From the NCBI GenBank assembly GCA_034432435.1, contig DAOUBS010000004.1:3863-67862 (forward strand): DNA of 64,000 bases, written 5' to 3'. Source of the stretch: Anaerolineae bacterium (GTDB taxonomy: Bacteria; Chloroflexota; Anaerolineae; Aggregatilineales; Phototrophicaceae). Both the position numbers and the translations under genes were made by a program. Position 1 is the first letter of the stretch. Every line of letters starts with the position of its first letter. Below the pieces are notes generated by a model, which searched no databases, was not told the DNA's origin, and saw nothing but the letters and a program-made list of their open reading frames with translations. Positions 47,179-56,109 of this stretch are shown piece after piece.

Positions 47179-48101
47179 CGGGCGGTTCGTCCTTCAATGC
47201 GTGGGTCGATCAAGAAGTAGAGCAGGTCAACCACCATGTTGACGAGGCAGAAGGCCGCTGCGGAGATCAGCACGATCGTTTGGATGATCGGATAGTCGCG
47301 CCCGCCGATGGAGGCCACCGCGAGCTGACCGATGCCCGGCCACGCGAACACCGTCTCCACGATGGCCGAGCCGCTGATGATCGTTGCTACTTGCAGGCCG
47401 ATCACGGTGATGACGGGGATGAGGGCGTTGCGCAGCGCGTGGCGGTAGACGACGTCACGCTCTGAGAGGCCTTTGGAGCGCGCTGTGCGCACGTAGCCTG
47501 TGTTGAGCACCTCCAGCATTGAGGAGCGCGTCAGCCGAACGATGATCGCCAGCGGGTAGATCAGCAGGGTGAGCGTCGGCAGGATGAGGTGGGCGGGCGT
47601 GTCGCTGCCAAAGGTCGGCGTCCAGCGCAGCGTGACCCCGAACAGCAAGATCAGCAGGATGCCGATGAAGAAGGGCGGCAGCGCCTGCCCCGCCAGCGTG
47701 AGTGACATCACGAAGCGATCAAGCGTGGTGTCGCGGCGGCGCGCGACGATTACCCCAAGCGGGATGCCCACCAGCGTTGAGATCACCAGCGCGGGGATGC
47801 CGAGTTGCAGCGTGAGCGGGATGCGCTCAAGGACGACTTCCAACGCGGGCCGCCGCAGCACGATCGACGTGCCGAGGTCACCTTGCAGCAGGTTGGCGAT
47901 GTAGATGGCAAACTGGGTCGGCAGTGGCTCGTTCAAGCCGAGGCTGGTGCGGATGCGCTCATAGTCCTCCAGCGTGGCGGTCTGGGGCAGCATCATCGCC
48001 ACCGGGTCGCCGGTGACGCGCCCCAGGATAAACGTCAGCAGCACAACGCCGAACAGCGTTAACAGGGTGCGCAGGCTGCGAGTGAGCAAAAATCGGGTCA
48101 T
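47175..48101 (-). CDS. ABC transporter permease, DppB/OppB-like
   Basis: 308 aa. MTRFLLTRSLRTLLTLFGV start and the TARSKGL motif. 4-nt overlap with the downstream permease. Confidence 0.85.
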   Translation of the reverse strand: MTRFLLTRSLRTLLTLFGVVLLTFILGRVTGDPVAMMLPQTATLEDYERIRTSLGLNEPLPTQFAIYIANLLQGDLGTSIVLRRPALEVVLERIPLTLQLGIPALVISTLVGIPLGVIVARRRDTTLDRFVMSLTLAGQALPPFFIGILLILLFGVTLRWTPTFGSDTPAHLILPTLTLLIYPLAIIVRLTRSSMLEVLNTGYVRTARSKGLSERDVVYRHALRNALIPVITVIGLQVATIISGSAIVETVFAWPGIGQLAVASIGGRDYPIIQTIVLISAAAFCLVNMVVDLLYFLIDPRIEGRTAR

Positions 48102-48289
48102 GTGGCGCTCGGTGTGGTGTTCATTGCAATGTATTGCACCACCGGCGAGTTATGAGTCGTTTACGAGAATGTTAAGAAGCGTATGCAAATTGTCGACAGT
48201 AGACTTAATTCAGCTGGTTTTCATGTTTGGTTTATCACAGATTGAGAAAGAGGCAGTAAGCGGCATTGTCGGGACAGACACATCCGCAG

Positions 48290-48400
48290 CGGAAGCCCCC
48301 TTCAGGGGGTGCGCCCTAGCCGAGTGCTTCAGCGCTCGGCGACAACTACGCCCGCGGCTGAAGCCACGGGCTAGCACGCAGGGGCTGGGGGCAGTGGCGT
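48290..48400. repeat. Composite hairpin element containing CCGAGTGC-TTCA-GCGCTCGG
   Basis: Three consecutive stem-loops: GCCCCC-TTCA-GGGGGT, CCGAGTGC-TTCA-GCGCTCGG (48320..48339) and GCCCGCGGC-TGAA-GCCACGGGC. The central unit recurs at 7926..7945 and 37681..37700. Confidence 0.7.
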
Positions 48401-48440
48401 TTTCGCAGCGAATCTAAACATGCTTTACTCATCTTGCTGT

Positions 48441-48470
48441 TTGACTTCATTTAGAAACCTGCTCTATAAT
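48441..48470 (+). promoter_or_regulatory. Near-consensus promoter TTGACT-18 nt-TATAAT
   Basis: TTGACT at 48441..48446 and TATAAT at 48465..48470, upstream of the small ORF at 48494/48542. Confidence 0.55.
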
Positions 48471-48493
48471 GCTTTTTACTTAACAAGGGCGGC

Positions 48494-48712
48494 GTGCACC
48501 AAAACAACGATCATCGGAGGGCATCGAAAGGCCTGCCACACATGGCAAAGACGAAACGCACTATTTGGGATGAATTGATCGAAATTGGCAAAGAAATTGC
48601 CGACAAAATTGAGGAAACGCTCAACCCACGCCGTCGCAAACCTGCTCGCGTTCCCGTGCCGATTCCTGTGCGCAACGGCGGGCGTCGCCCCGATCCATAT
48701 CACAAACGTTGA
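48494..48712 (+). CDS. Small Arg/Pro-rich hypothetical protein
   Basis: 72 aa from GTG 48494 (AAGGG 4-5 nt upstream), or 56 aa from ATG 48542. It sits between a near-consensus promoter and a hairpin plus T-run. The C-terminal 29 aa contain 8 Arg and 7 Pro. Confidence 0.45.
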   Translation: MHQNNDHRRASKGLPHMAKTKRTIWDELIEIGKEIADKIEETLNPRRRKPARVPVPIPVRNGGRRPDPYHKR

Positions 48713-48720
48713 ACCAAAAC

Positions 48721-48746
48721 AGCTCCACAAGGGGGCTTTTTTATTT
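48721..48746 (+). terminator. Rho-independent terminator after the small Arg/Pro-rich ORF
   Basis: AGCTCC-ACAAG-GGGGCT (6 bp including one G-U pair) followed by TTTTTTATTT. Confidence 0.55.
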
Positions 48747-48760
48747 CTGCCCTGCGCGGC

Positions 48761-49342
48761 TCATTCAACTTCGATGTGATCGCCCTCCATGCTAGTAATC
48801 GTGGCTAGCGCCACAATCGGCACGTCGTAGCCTGCGGCAACCAGCGCCTGTCGCCCGCCTTCGAATGTCTTTTCCACCACCACCCCCACGCCGACCAAGT
48901 GCGCCCTGGCGGCTACGACCATGCGCGCTAGCGCCTTAAGCGTCTCGCCGGTGGCGAGGAAGTCGTCAATCACCAGCACGCGCTCATCTGCCCGCAGAAA
49001 TTCGCCGCTGACGAGCAGTTCGACGACGCCGCCCTTCGTGTGGCTGGGGGCGGTCTCAAGGTAGATCGGCCCCGCCATCGTGATCGGGCGCTTCTTGCGC
49101 GCGTAGACCACGGGCACGCCCAACTCGAGGCCGGTCATCATGGCGGGCGCGATGCCGCTGATCTCGGCAGTCAAGATGCGATCGACGTTGATCGAGCGAA
49201 ACGCCTCGGCCAGCGCCTGGCCCATCCCGGCCATGAGCTGCGGATCAAGCTGGTGGTTCAGCAGGCTGTCGATCTTCAGGATGCCGTGGCCGAGATTGCG
49301 GCCTTCTGCGCGGATGCGTTCAACGAGGGGTTGATAGCTCAT
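48761..49342 (-). CDS. xpt: Xanthine phosphoribosyltransferase
   Basis: MSYQPLVERIRAEG...ILKIDSLLNHQLDP and the PRPP loop VLVIDDFLATGET. Confidence 0.85.
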   Translation of the reverse strand: MSYQPLVERIRAEGRNLGHGILKIDSLLNHQLDPQLMAGMGQALAEAFRSINVDRILTAEISGIAPAMMTGLELGVPVVYARKKRPITMAGPIYLETAPSHTKGGVVELLVSGEFLRADERVLVIDDFLATGETLKALARMVVAARAHLVGVGVVVEKTFEGGRQALVAAGYDVPIVALATITSMEGDHIEVE

Positions 49343-49416
49343 AAGCGGCTCTCTTCGTTAGCAAGACAGATGTATAATGCGTAAGTATACGCCTGTGTGT
49401 AGGCTGAGATAAGCCC

Positions 49417-50307
49417 ATGCCAGACCTTTTACCCGACGCGCTGCGCCAGCGGCTGATGCGCCTGCGCCTGCGCCCACGGCAAACGCGCCGCGGCGGCCTC
49501 ATGGGCGAGCGTCGCAGCGCTCGCCGTGGCACGAGCCTTGAGTTCGCCGACTTTCGCAACTACGTCGCAGGCGACGACCTGCGCAAGCTCGACTGGAACG
49601 CTTTGGCCCGGCTTGACCGCCCCATCGTCAAGCTCTACGAGGACGAACAAGACGCGCTCGTTCACCTGCTGCTGGACGATTCCGCCAGCATGGGGGCGCT
49701 GCCCGACGACCCGATCAGCGCAGCAAAGGGGCAGGCGGCGCGCCAGATCGCGGCGGGGCTGGGCTTCATCGCGCTCAACACTAACGACCGCCTGACGCTC
49801 ACCCGGCTGAGCGCCCCGCAAGAGCCGAGCTTCAGTGGGCGCGGGCGCGGCAGCGTGGCGGGCTTGCTGCGGGCGTTAGATACGGATTTTTTTGACGGCC
49901 CGACGGACATCGTCGAGGCGCTGCGACGCTTCAGCCAACGCGAGCGGCGTAGCGGCATGGCCTTCCTCATCAGCGATCTGTTCACCGAGGGCGACCTCGA
50001 CGCCGGGCTGCGCGCCCTGCTGGCCGCCCATCACGAGGTGACCGTGCTGCACACCCTCAGCCCTGAGGAACAGCAGCCCACCCTCAGCGGCGACCTGCGC
50101 TTGATCGACGTAGAGACAAACGCCGCCGCCGAGCTGACGATCACGGCTGACCTCTACGACCAGTATCGGCAGTCATTGGAGGCGAGGCGGAAGGGTATCC
50201 GCGCGATGTGTGCGCGGCGCGGGGTGCGCTATCTGCCCGTCACGACCAGCGACCCGCTGGAGCAGCTCTTCCTGCGCGACCTAAAGCGCCTCGGCGTTGT
50301 GTCGTAG
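49417..50307 (+). CDS. DUF58-domain protein (vWA-like, usually partnered with MoxR ATPases)
   Basis: GERRSARRGTSLEFADFRNYVAGDDLRKLDWNA is the characteristic DUF58 motif. Confidence 0.8.
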   Translation: MPDLLPDALRQRLMRLRLRPRQTRRGGLMGERRSARRGTSLEFADFRNYVAGDDLRKLDWNALARLDRPIVKLYEDEQDALVHLLLDDSASMGALPDDPISAAKGQAARQIAAGLGFIALNTNDRLTLTRLSAPQEPSFSGRGRGSVAGLLRALDTDFFDGPTDIVEALRRFSQRERRSGMAFLISDLFTEGDLDAGLRALLAAHHEVTVLHTLSPEEQQPTLSGDLRLIDVETNAAAELTITADLYDQYRQSLEARRKGIRAMCARRGVRYLPVTTSDPLEQLFLRDLKRLGVVS

Positions 50308-50498
50308 GGGGCCTCAGCCCTGAGTCTCCTCTACACGGGTGATCGCAAGGCAGATGACGTCACGAGGAAATTTAGGGGTGAGGCCTCTGACGGTCAGGTT
50401 ATCTTTAAACACACCCTGCCAACCCGAAAGGTTGCGTTCGCTTTGACGTTGTGGCAAAATTCACACTTAAATAGGTGAGAATAGTTTGGTCGCAACGC

Positions 50499-50876
50499 AT
50501 GCATGCGTTAAAAGTGTTGGTGGTAGAAGATGACATCGGCTTGTGCGTGATTTACGAACGAATTCTTGTCAAGATGGATTGCCAAGTGAGGATCGCCCGC
50601 GACGGCCACTACGCTTTGCAGCTCCTCCAGACGTTTACGCCGCATCTCATCTTCTTGGACATCTACCTGCCGTTTGTGAGCGGACTGACGGTTCTACAGC
50701 ATATCGAGGCGGATCCCAAGCTAGCGCAAGCCCACGTCGTCGTCTCCAGCTCGTCGCGCGATTATGAGCGCCAAGTCTTGCAATACTCCAACACGCAGTT
50801 CATCCTCAAGCCGATCATGCCGACGCAAATCCGCCATATTGTCGCGGAGATGCTTCAATCGCCTCGGCAAGGCTAG
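50499..50876 (+). CDS. Stand-alone response regulator receiver protein
   Basis: KVLVVEDD, a phospho-acceptor Asp in the FLDIYLP context, and KP near the C-terminus. Confidence 0.8.
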   Translation: MHALKVLVVEDDIGLCVIYERILVKMDCQVRIARDGHYALQLLQTFTPHLIFLDIYLPFVSGLTVLQHIEADPKLAQAHVVVSSSSRDYERQVLQYSNTQFILKPIMPTQIRHIVAEMLQSPRQG

Positions 50877-51301
50877 CGGCTGGCTTGGCCGCAAGCGATC
50901 ACTTCTTCTAACGCCCGCCACGCCAACATCGCGCATTTGACGCGCGCCGGCAGCCGCCGCACCCCCTCCAGCGCTTCGAGTTCCTCAAGTGCCGGGTCGA
51001 GCAGGTCACCCGCGGTGATGAATGCCCGAAAGTTGGCCAGCAGGTGGGCCGCCTCATCAACCGTGCGGCCTTTGATCGCCTCGGTCATCATCGACGCGGA
51101 CGCCGTGCTAATGGCGCACCCCTGCGACTCGAAACGCACGTCCACGATGCGGCCATCGCGCACCTCGGCGTAGAGGTCGATCTCGTCACCGCAGGTGGGG
51201 TTGTCTTGGTGGCAGTGGCACGTCGCATCGGGCAGCGTCCCGTGATTGTGCGGGGACTGGGCATGCGCAAGGATGACCTCACGATACAGGTCATGAGACA
51301 T
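50873..51301 (-). CDS. sufU: SUF-system Fe-S cluster scaffold SufU/IscU-like
   Basis: NPTCGDEIDLY, QGCAIS and the C-terminal CAML motif typical of SufU. Confidence 0.85.
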   Translation of the reverse strand: MSHDLYREVILAHAQSPHNHGTLPDATCHCHQDNPTCGDEIDLYAEVRDGRIVDVRFESQGCAISTASASMMTEAIKGRTVDEAAHLLANFRAFITAGDLLDPALEELEALEGVRRLPARVKCAMLAWRALEEVIACGQASR

Positions 51302-52502
51302 GGAACACCTCCAGCGCGTGGTGCAGCCCGTCGATCAGCGCGTCTACCTCAGCGGGCTGGTTGTAGAAGGCGAGGCTGGCGCGCGCGCTGGCAGGCACGC
51401 CAAAGCGCTTGCCGAGCGGCTGCGCGCAGTGATGCCCCGCGCGGATGGCGATCCCGCGCTCATCCAGCAGCGTAGACAGGTCGTGCGCGTGGATGTTCCC
51501 CAGCGTGAAGGCAAACACCGCGCCGCGCTCGGGCGCGTTCCCCAGCAGGCGCAGCCCTTCCACCTCGCGCAGCTTGCCGAGCGCGTAGGCCGTCAAGTCG
51601 TGCTCGTAGGCGGCAATCTCGGCCATGCCCACGCTGTTGAGGTAGTCCACCGCCGCCCCCAGCGTGATCGCCTCAGCGATGGGAGGCGTGCCTGCCTCGA
51701 ACTTGGCCGGCGGCTCGGCGTAGGTCACGCGGTCTAACTCTACTTTGACGATCATATCACCGCCGCCGAGGAAGGGGAGCATCGCCTCCAGTAGCGCCAG
51801 CCGCCCCCACAGGACACCGATGCCGGTCGGCCCGCACATCTTGTGCCCGCTGAAGGCGTAGAAATCACAGCCCAGCGCCTGAACGTCCACAGGCAGGTGC
51901 AGCAGCGCCTGCGCCCCATCCACCAGCACCACCGCGCCAGCCGCGTGCGCCGCGTCAGCGATCTGCCGCACGGGGTTGATCGTCCCCAGCACGTTGGAAG
52001 CGTGGACGAACGACACCAGCTTCACGCCCTTCAAGCGCTGCTCGAGATCGCTCAGGTCGAGTGTGCCGTCGTCGTGGACGGGCAGGTAGCGCACCTCGAT
52101 CCCGATCTGATCGCGCAGGATTTGCCACGGGACGAGGTTGCTATGATGCTCCATCACGGTTAGCAGCACCGCATCGCCCGCTTTGAGGAACTTGCGCCCC
52201 CATGCGTTCGCCACCAAGTTGATGCCCTCGGTGGTGTTGCGGGTGAAGATCACCTCTTCGGTCTGCGGGGCGTGGATGAAGGCAGCTACCTTGCGCCGCG
52301 CTTCTTCGTAGGCGTGGGTGGCGGCCTCGCTCAAGGCGTGGATGCCGCGGTGCACGTTGGCGTTGATCGTGCGGTAGTAGGCCGCCTGCGCGTCGATCAC
52401 GGCCTGCGGCTTCTGCGACGTGGCCGCATTGTCGAGGTAGACGAGCGGATGGCCGTGCACGGTTTGGTTCAAGATTGGGAAGTCAGCGCGCACATTACGC
52501 AT
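51291..52502 (-). CDS. sufS: Cysteine desulfurase SufS (class V aminotransferase)
   Basis: PLP lysine context FSGHKMCGPTGIG and catalytic Cys context RAGHHCAQP. Confidence 0.9.
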   Translation of the reverse strand: MRNVRADFPILNQTVHGHPLVYLDNAATSQKPQAVIDAQAAYYRTINANVHRGIHALSEAATHAYEEARRKVAAFIHAPQTEEVIFTRNTTEGINLVANAWGRKFLKAGDAVLLTVMEHHSNLVPWQILRDQIGIEVRYLPVHDDGTLDLSDLEQRLKGVKLVSFVHASNVLGTINPVRQIADAAHAAGAVVLVDGAQALLHLPVDVQALGCDFYAFSGHKMCGPTGIGVLWGRLALLEAMLPFLGGGDMIVKVELDRVTYAEPPAKFEAGTPPIAEAITLGAAVDYLNSVGMAEIAAYEHDLTAYALGKLREVEGLRLLGNAPERGAVFAFTLGNIHAHDLSTLLDERGIAIRAGHHCAQPLGKRFGVPASARASLAFYNQPAEVDALIDGLHHALEVFHVS

Positions 52503-52840
52503 AAGGATTTTCCTAAACAGCCATCGTTTTAACTATGATACCTAATTTGCTGCGCTGACCGTTACACCTTCTCTGTTTGGTTTCCTTTTTCCTCATGGCT
52601 TTAACCCTCAAGCTTCCTCTTTCGGTGAAGAAGGCAGCTTCAGCGGCCGACATATCGTAGGGGCGCAGCCTGCCGCGTCTGTTGTGGCCTCATCCCCTAA
52701 CCCCTTTCTCCTCTGCTGGTCGCAGGCAGACCAGTTCGAGAAGGCGGCACGCCAATGGTCTTTGTGGGGTTTGGCGTGCCACCCCCTGTGCGCATCACCA
52801 ATGTGCTAAAACCTAAGCAAACCCTTAAAAACCACTTAAC

Positions 52841-52870
52841 TTGACTTTTCAGCGGTGTCTCTCGTACAGT
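52841..52870 (+). promoter_or_regulatory. Candidate cspA promoter TTGACT-18 nt-TACAGT
   Basis: TTGACT at 52841..52846 and TACAGT at 52865..52870. This would give a 5' UTR of about 170 nt before the cspA ATG at 53048. Confidence 0.4.
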
Positions 52871-53047
52871 CTAGATGAGCAATCCTGAAAGTCCTCGGTC
52901 GTTTGTTGTGGCAAAGATCTCCGTCGGTTGATGAACCTGTAAGTGATCCAAACGCCTTTAGGTTGACTTGTCATGTGGCGCGATGCGCGCCTGTTGTGGA
53001 CTGCCCAGGGTGAGCTATCGTTAGAAAGTGTATGGAGTCTTTCAAGT

Positions 53048-53278
53048 ATGTCGCAGCGCATTGTTGGTGAAGTGAAGTGGTTTAACGCCGAAAAGGGCTA
53101 TGGGTTCATCAAAATGGGAGACAGCAGCGCCGATATTTTCGTGCACTACTCCGCCATTGAGAGCAACGGGTATCGGACGCTGAACGAGGGCGACCGCGTT
53201 GAGTTCGAGATCGTTGATGGGCGCAAGGGCAAGCAGGCCAGCGGCGTTCGCGTGGTGCAGGCGGCTTCTAACAGCTAA
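53048..53278 (+). CDS. cspA: Cold-shock protein (CspA family)
   Basis: [15 protein letters not shown] (RNP1) and DIFVHYSAI (RNP2). Confidence 0.95.
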   Translation: MSQRIVGEVKWFNAEKGYGFIKMGDSSADIFVHYSAIESNGYRTLNEGDRVEFEIVDGRKGKQASGVRVVQAASNS

Positions 53279-53312
53279 CGTGCTGCCCATGTCTAGTTGA
53301 TTCTTTTCGCAG

Positions 53313-53340
53313 GCCGCCTTGTTCAAAGGCGGCTTGTGAG
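53313..53340 (+). terminator. Hairpin after cspA
   Basis: GCCGCCTT-GTTCA-AAGGCGGC (8-bp stem) followed by TTGTGAG. The T-tract is weak. Confidence 0.45.
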
Positions 53341-54953
53341 TTACTCAAGCGGCTGCGGAAACACCGCGTTCAGCCAGCGCTGGACTGTGCTAAGCGCGCG
53401 CGGGCTGCCGATGCTTTGCAGCGCTTGGATCACGTAGCGGTTCATCATCGTGTCCTCAGGCGTGAGCAGCGTCTGCAAGGTGGCGAGGGCGCGCTCATCG
53501 GGCTGGCTCCACAGGGACGTGATCGCGCTGCCCTGCACGACAAAATCAGCATCATTTAGCGCAATTAGCAGCCAGTGAAAGGCCGGTTCGTAGCGTTCCT
53601 GCCGCCACAGCGCCACCGCCGCCCCCAGCTTGACGCGCATCTCTTGGGCACTCGTCAGTGCCAGTTTGAGCGCGTCCGCCGCCGTCGGCAGTTTGGCGAG
53701 GGCGGCTGTCGCTTGGCTCCACACGCCCACATCTTCATCAGCCAGCGCTCGCAACAGCTTCTCAACGGCCTCCGCTGCGCCTAACTCGCCCAAGACGCGC
53801 GCCGCCCCCTGCCGCACGCGCGCCTGTTTGTGGTCGAGCGCGGCGATCATCTGCGGGATGATGGCTGGCCCCTCCGCGATGAGCGCTTGCGCCGCGGCGT
53901 CGCGCGTCTGCACGTCTGGATGCGCTAGCCCGCGCACCATCTCGCGCACGCGGTAAGGGATCAGACGTTCGCGTGCAGTGGGCCGCCAGCGCTCCACAGC
54001 GGCGCGCGCGGCCTGTGTGCCAAGCTGCAGGAGCGCCTCCGCCGCGTACTGCGCCACAAAGACGTGGGCCGCTTGGTCTTGCACCTCGGTGAAGTCGTCC
54101 AGCAGGCCGATTAGCGCTGGTTCGGGGCGCGTGTCGGCTACCTCGCTGGCGAGCGTGCCCAGCGCCCACGCGGCTTTGGCGCGCACGTTGGGGATGGGGT
54201 CGCGCAGCGCGTCAATCAACGGCGGGATCAGCGTCGGGTCGGCCATCTCTCCCAGCGCCCACGCTGCGTTCGCGCGCAGCTTGGGATCGTCGGCGCGCAG
54301 CAGCGCACCAGCGGCGGAACCGCTGGACGCGCCCGAAGCTGCCCCAACGCCCACGCGGCCACGCTGGCCACAGCCCTCTCCGGGTCATCCAGCCGCTCGA
54401 TCAGCGGGTCAATCGCGCGTGGGTCGCCTGATGCGCCCAGCACGTAAGCCGCTCGGCTGCGCACCCAGCTGTTCGGGTCGCCCAGCTTGGCGATGATCGG
54501 GTCTACCACGTCGCTCGTGCCAAGCTGCGCGAGCGCGGTGATCGCCCGCTCACGGACGATCTCGTTTGGGTCGTCCAGCAGCAGCAGCAGGGCGGGCAGC
54601 GCATCCAACGCGCGGTTGAGGCCGAGGCCGCTGGCAGCGTTGGCGCGGATCGTGGCGTCGGGGTCACCTACGAGGGGCAGCAGCGCCACCACCGCGCGCG
54701 TATCGCGGCGCGTCGCTAGCGCGATGACGGCTTCCTGCCGCACCAGCCCGTCAGCGGCGCGCAGGCGCTCAATCAGATGGTCGATCTCGTCAGGGGCATC
54801 CATAAAAGGGGCGAGTCGCTTTCTGTGATGGTCGGCTGCTATTGTAATCCAAACCGTGCGCAGGTCACGGGTGCGTGTGGGGTGAGCGTGTCGTGTGCTG
54901 TGCCCGCGTGGCCGTGGGAGAAGGGGGCGTGTCGCGCCTGTTTCTAGTTGCAA
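53341..54953 (-). pseudogene. HEAT (PBS-lyase type) repeat protein split by an apparent frameshift near 54300
   Basis: ORFs 54228..54953 and 53341..54354 overlap by 127 nt, and both consist of HEAT-like units (VRxxAAxALGxL...AVPxLIxxLxD). The repeat register continues across frames around 54290..54320. Confidence 0.6.
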
Positions 54954-55042
54954 CTTGCAGCCGTCTTTTCACGTATCTTTTTTAAGCTGGTTTACATAAA
55001 CCTGTGCTAGACTACAGAGTAAAAAATACTGGAATTGAAACT

Positions 55043-55588
55043 ATGGGCGACGAAATCACCGTGTGGAAAGTGCTGTCAACAATTGGTCAAGGCATCGGCA
55101 AAACGGTCGAAGTCATCGGCCAAGGCGTAAACGCAACGGTGCAAGGTGTCCAAAGTGCAAATGCCGCAGTGAGGGATTCCGTGCCAATCACCGAGATTAC
55201 CATGGTGTTCAACACCACCGACCAAACGATCCGCTTCATCAACAAAGAAACTGCCCGCGACACGCGCGACATCCTCGGCCAGTCCGCCGCCAGCCTCAAA
55301 ACTGATCAGACGGCCGGCGCGTGGATCCCGTGGTATGATCCGCCGCGGTTTGACGGCTTTGCCAACCGTCACCTTCAGATCGTCGTGAACGATGTGCCCG
55401 TGCTCTACATCTGGCAGCGCGGCGACTTTGTCTACTGGTGCAACAAGCTCGACAGCGAAGGCCGCCCGGCCAAAGCCTACAAGATGGCCGGCATCACTTA
55501 CGTCGGCGGGCAGCGGATGCTGGTCGTCCGTAACGACCCTGAGACTGGCTACAGCGCCTTCCTCTCTAACACGGTGGGCACGGGCTGA
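55043..55588 (+). CDS. Hypothetical protein
   Basis: Start chosen at MGDEITVWKV. No recognised domain. Its stop overlaps the next gene's start. Confidence 0.4.
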   Translation: MGDEITVWKVLSTIGQGIGKTVEVIGQGVNATVQGVQSANAAVRDSVPITEITMVFNTTDQTIRFINKETARDTRDILGQSAASLKTDQTAGAWIPWYDPPRFDGFANRHLQIVVNDVPVLYIWQRGDFVYWCNKLDSEGRPAKAYKMAGITYVGGQRMLVVRNDPETGYSAFLSNTVGTG

Positions 55589-56088
55589 TGCCAACGCTGG
55601 AGGCCAACGGCCAGCCCGTCAATGTCACCCTGGCTTCAGGTGAGGGGGGGCGCTGGCGCTGCCGAGTAGGGGATCAAGCGCTAGACGTGGAGGTCGTTCG
55701 TTTGGGCGCGGGGCGCTGGCTGCTGCGCCACGACGGCCAACAGCACCTTGTCTACACAGCGGCGCAAGAGCGCGCTGTCCACGTGTGGCACAACGGCCAG
55801 CAGCACAGCATCACCCGCGCCGAGCAGCGCAGCCGTCGGCGGTCGAGCGTGGGCGCGGGTGACCTCAGCGCGCAGATGCCCGGCCAAGTGATGGAGGTGC
55901 GCGTGGCCGCCGGGCAGGCTGTGACCGCAGGCCAAGTGCTGATGGTGCTAGAAGCGATGAAGATGGAAATTCGCGTAACAGCCCCCAGCGATGGCGTCGT
56001 CAGCGCGCTACACGTGGCCGCCGGGCAGATCGTCCAGCGCGGCCAGCGGTTGATTGACCTTCAGCCGGTTGACACAACAGCCGACTGA
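55588..56088 (+). CDS. Biotin/lipoyl-attachment domain protein (BCCP-like)
   Basis: C-terminal VLEAMKMEIRVTAPSDGVV with the AMKM biotinylation motif. Confidence 0.75.
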   Translation: MPTLEANGQPVNVTLASGEGGRWRCRVGDQALDVEVVRLGAGRWLLRHDGQQHLVYTAAQERAVHVWHNGQQHSITRAEQRSRRRSSVGAGDLSAQMPGQVMEVRVAAGQAVTAGQVLMVLEAMKMEIRVTAPSDGVVSALHVAAGQIVQRGQRLIDLQPVDTTAD

Positions 56089-56109
56089 ACACACGAGAGG
56101 AAAACCTGT

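Noticed and set aside
49343-49416. A purine riboswitch upstream of xpt.
   Set aside because: Only 74 nt separate xpt from the divergent DUF58 gene. The minus-strand leader shows none of the conserved purine-aptamer junction sequences.
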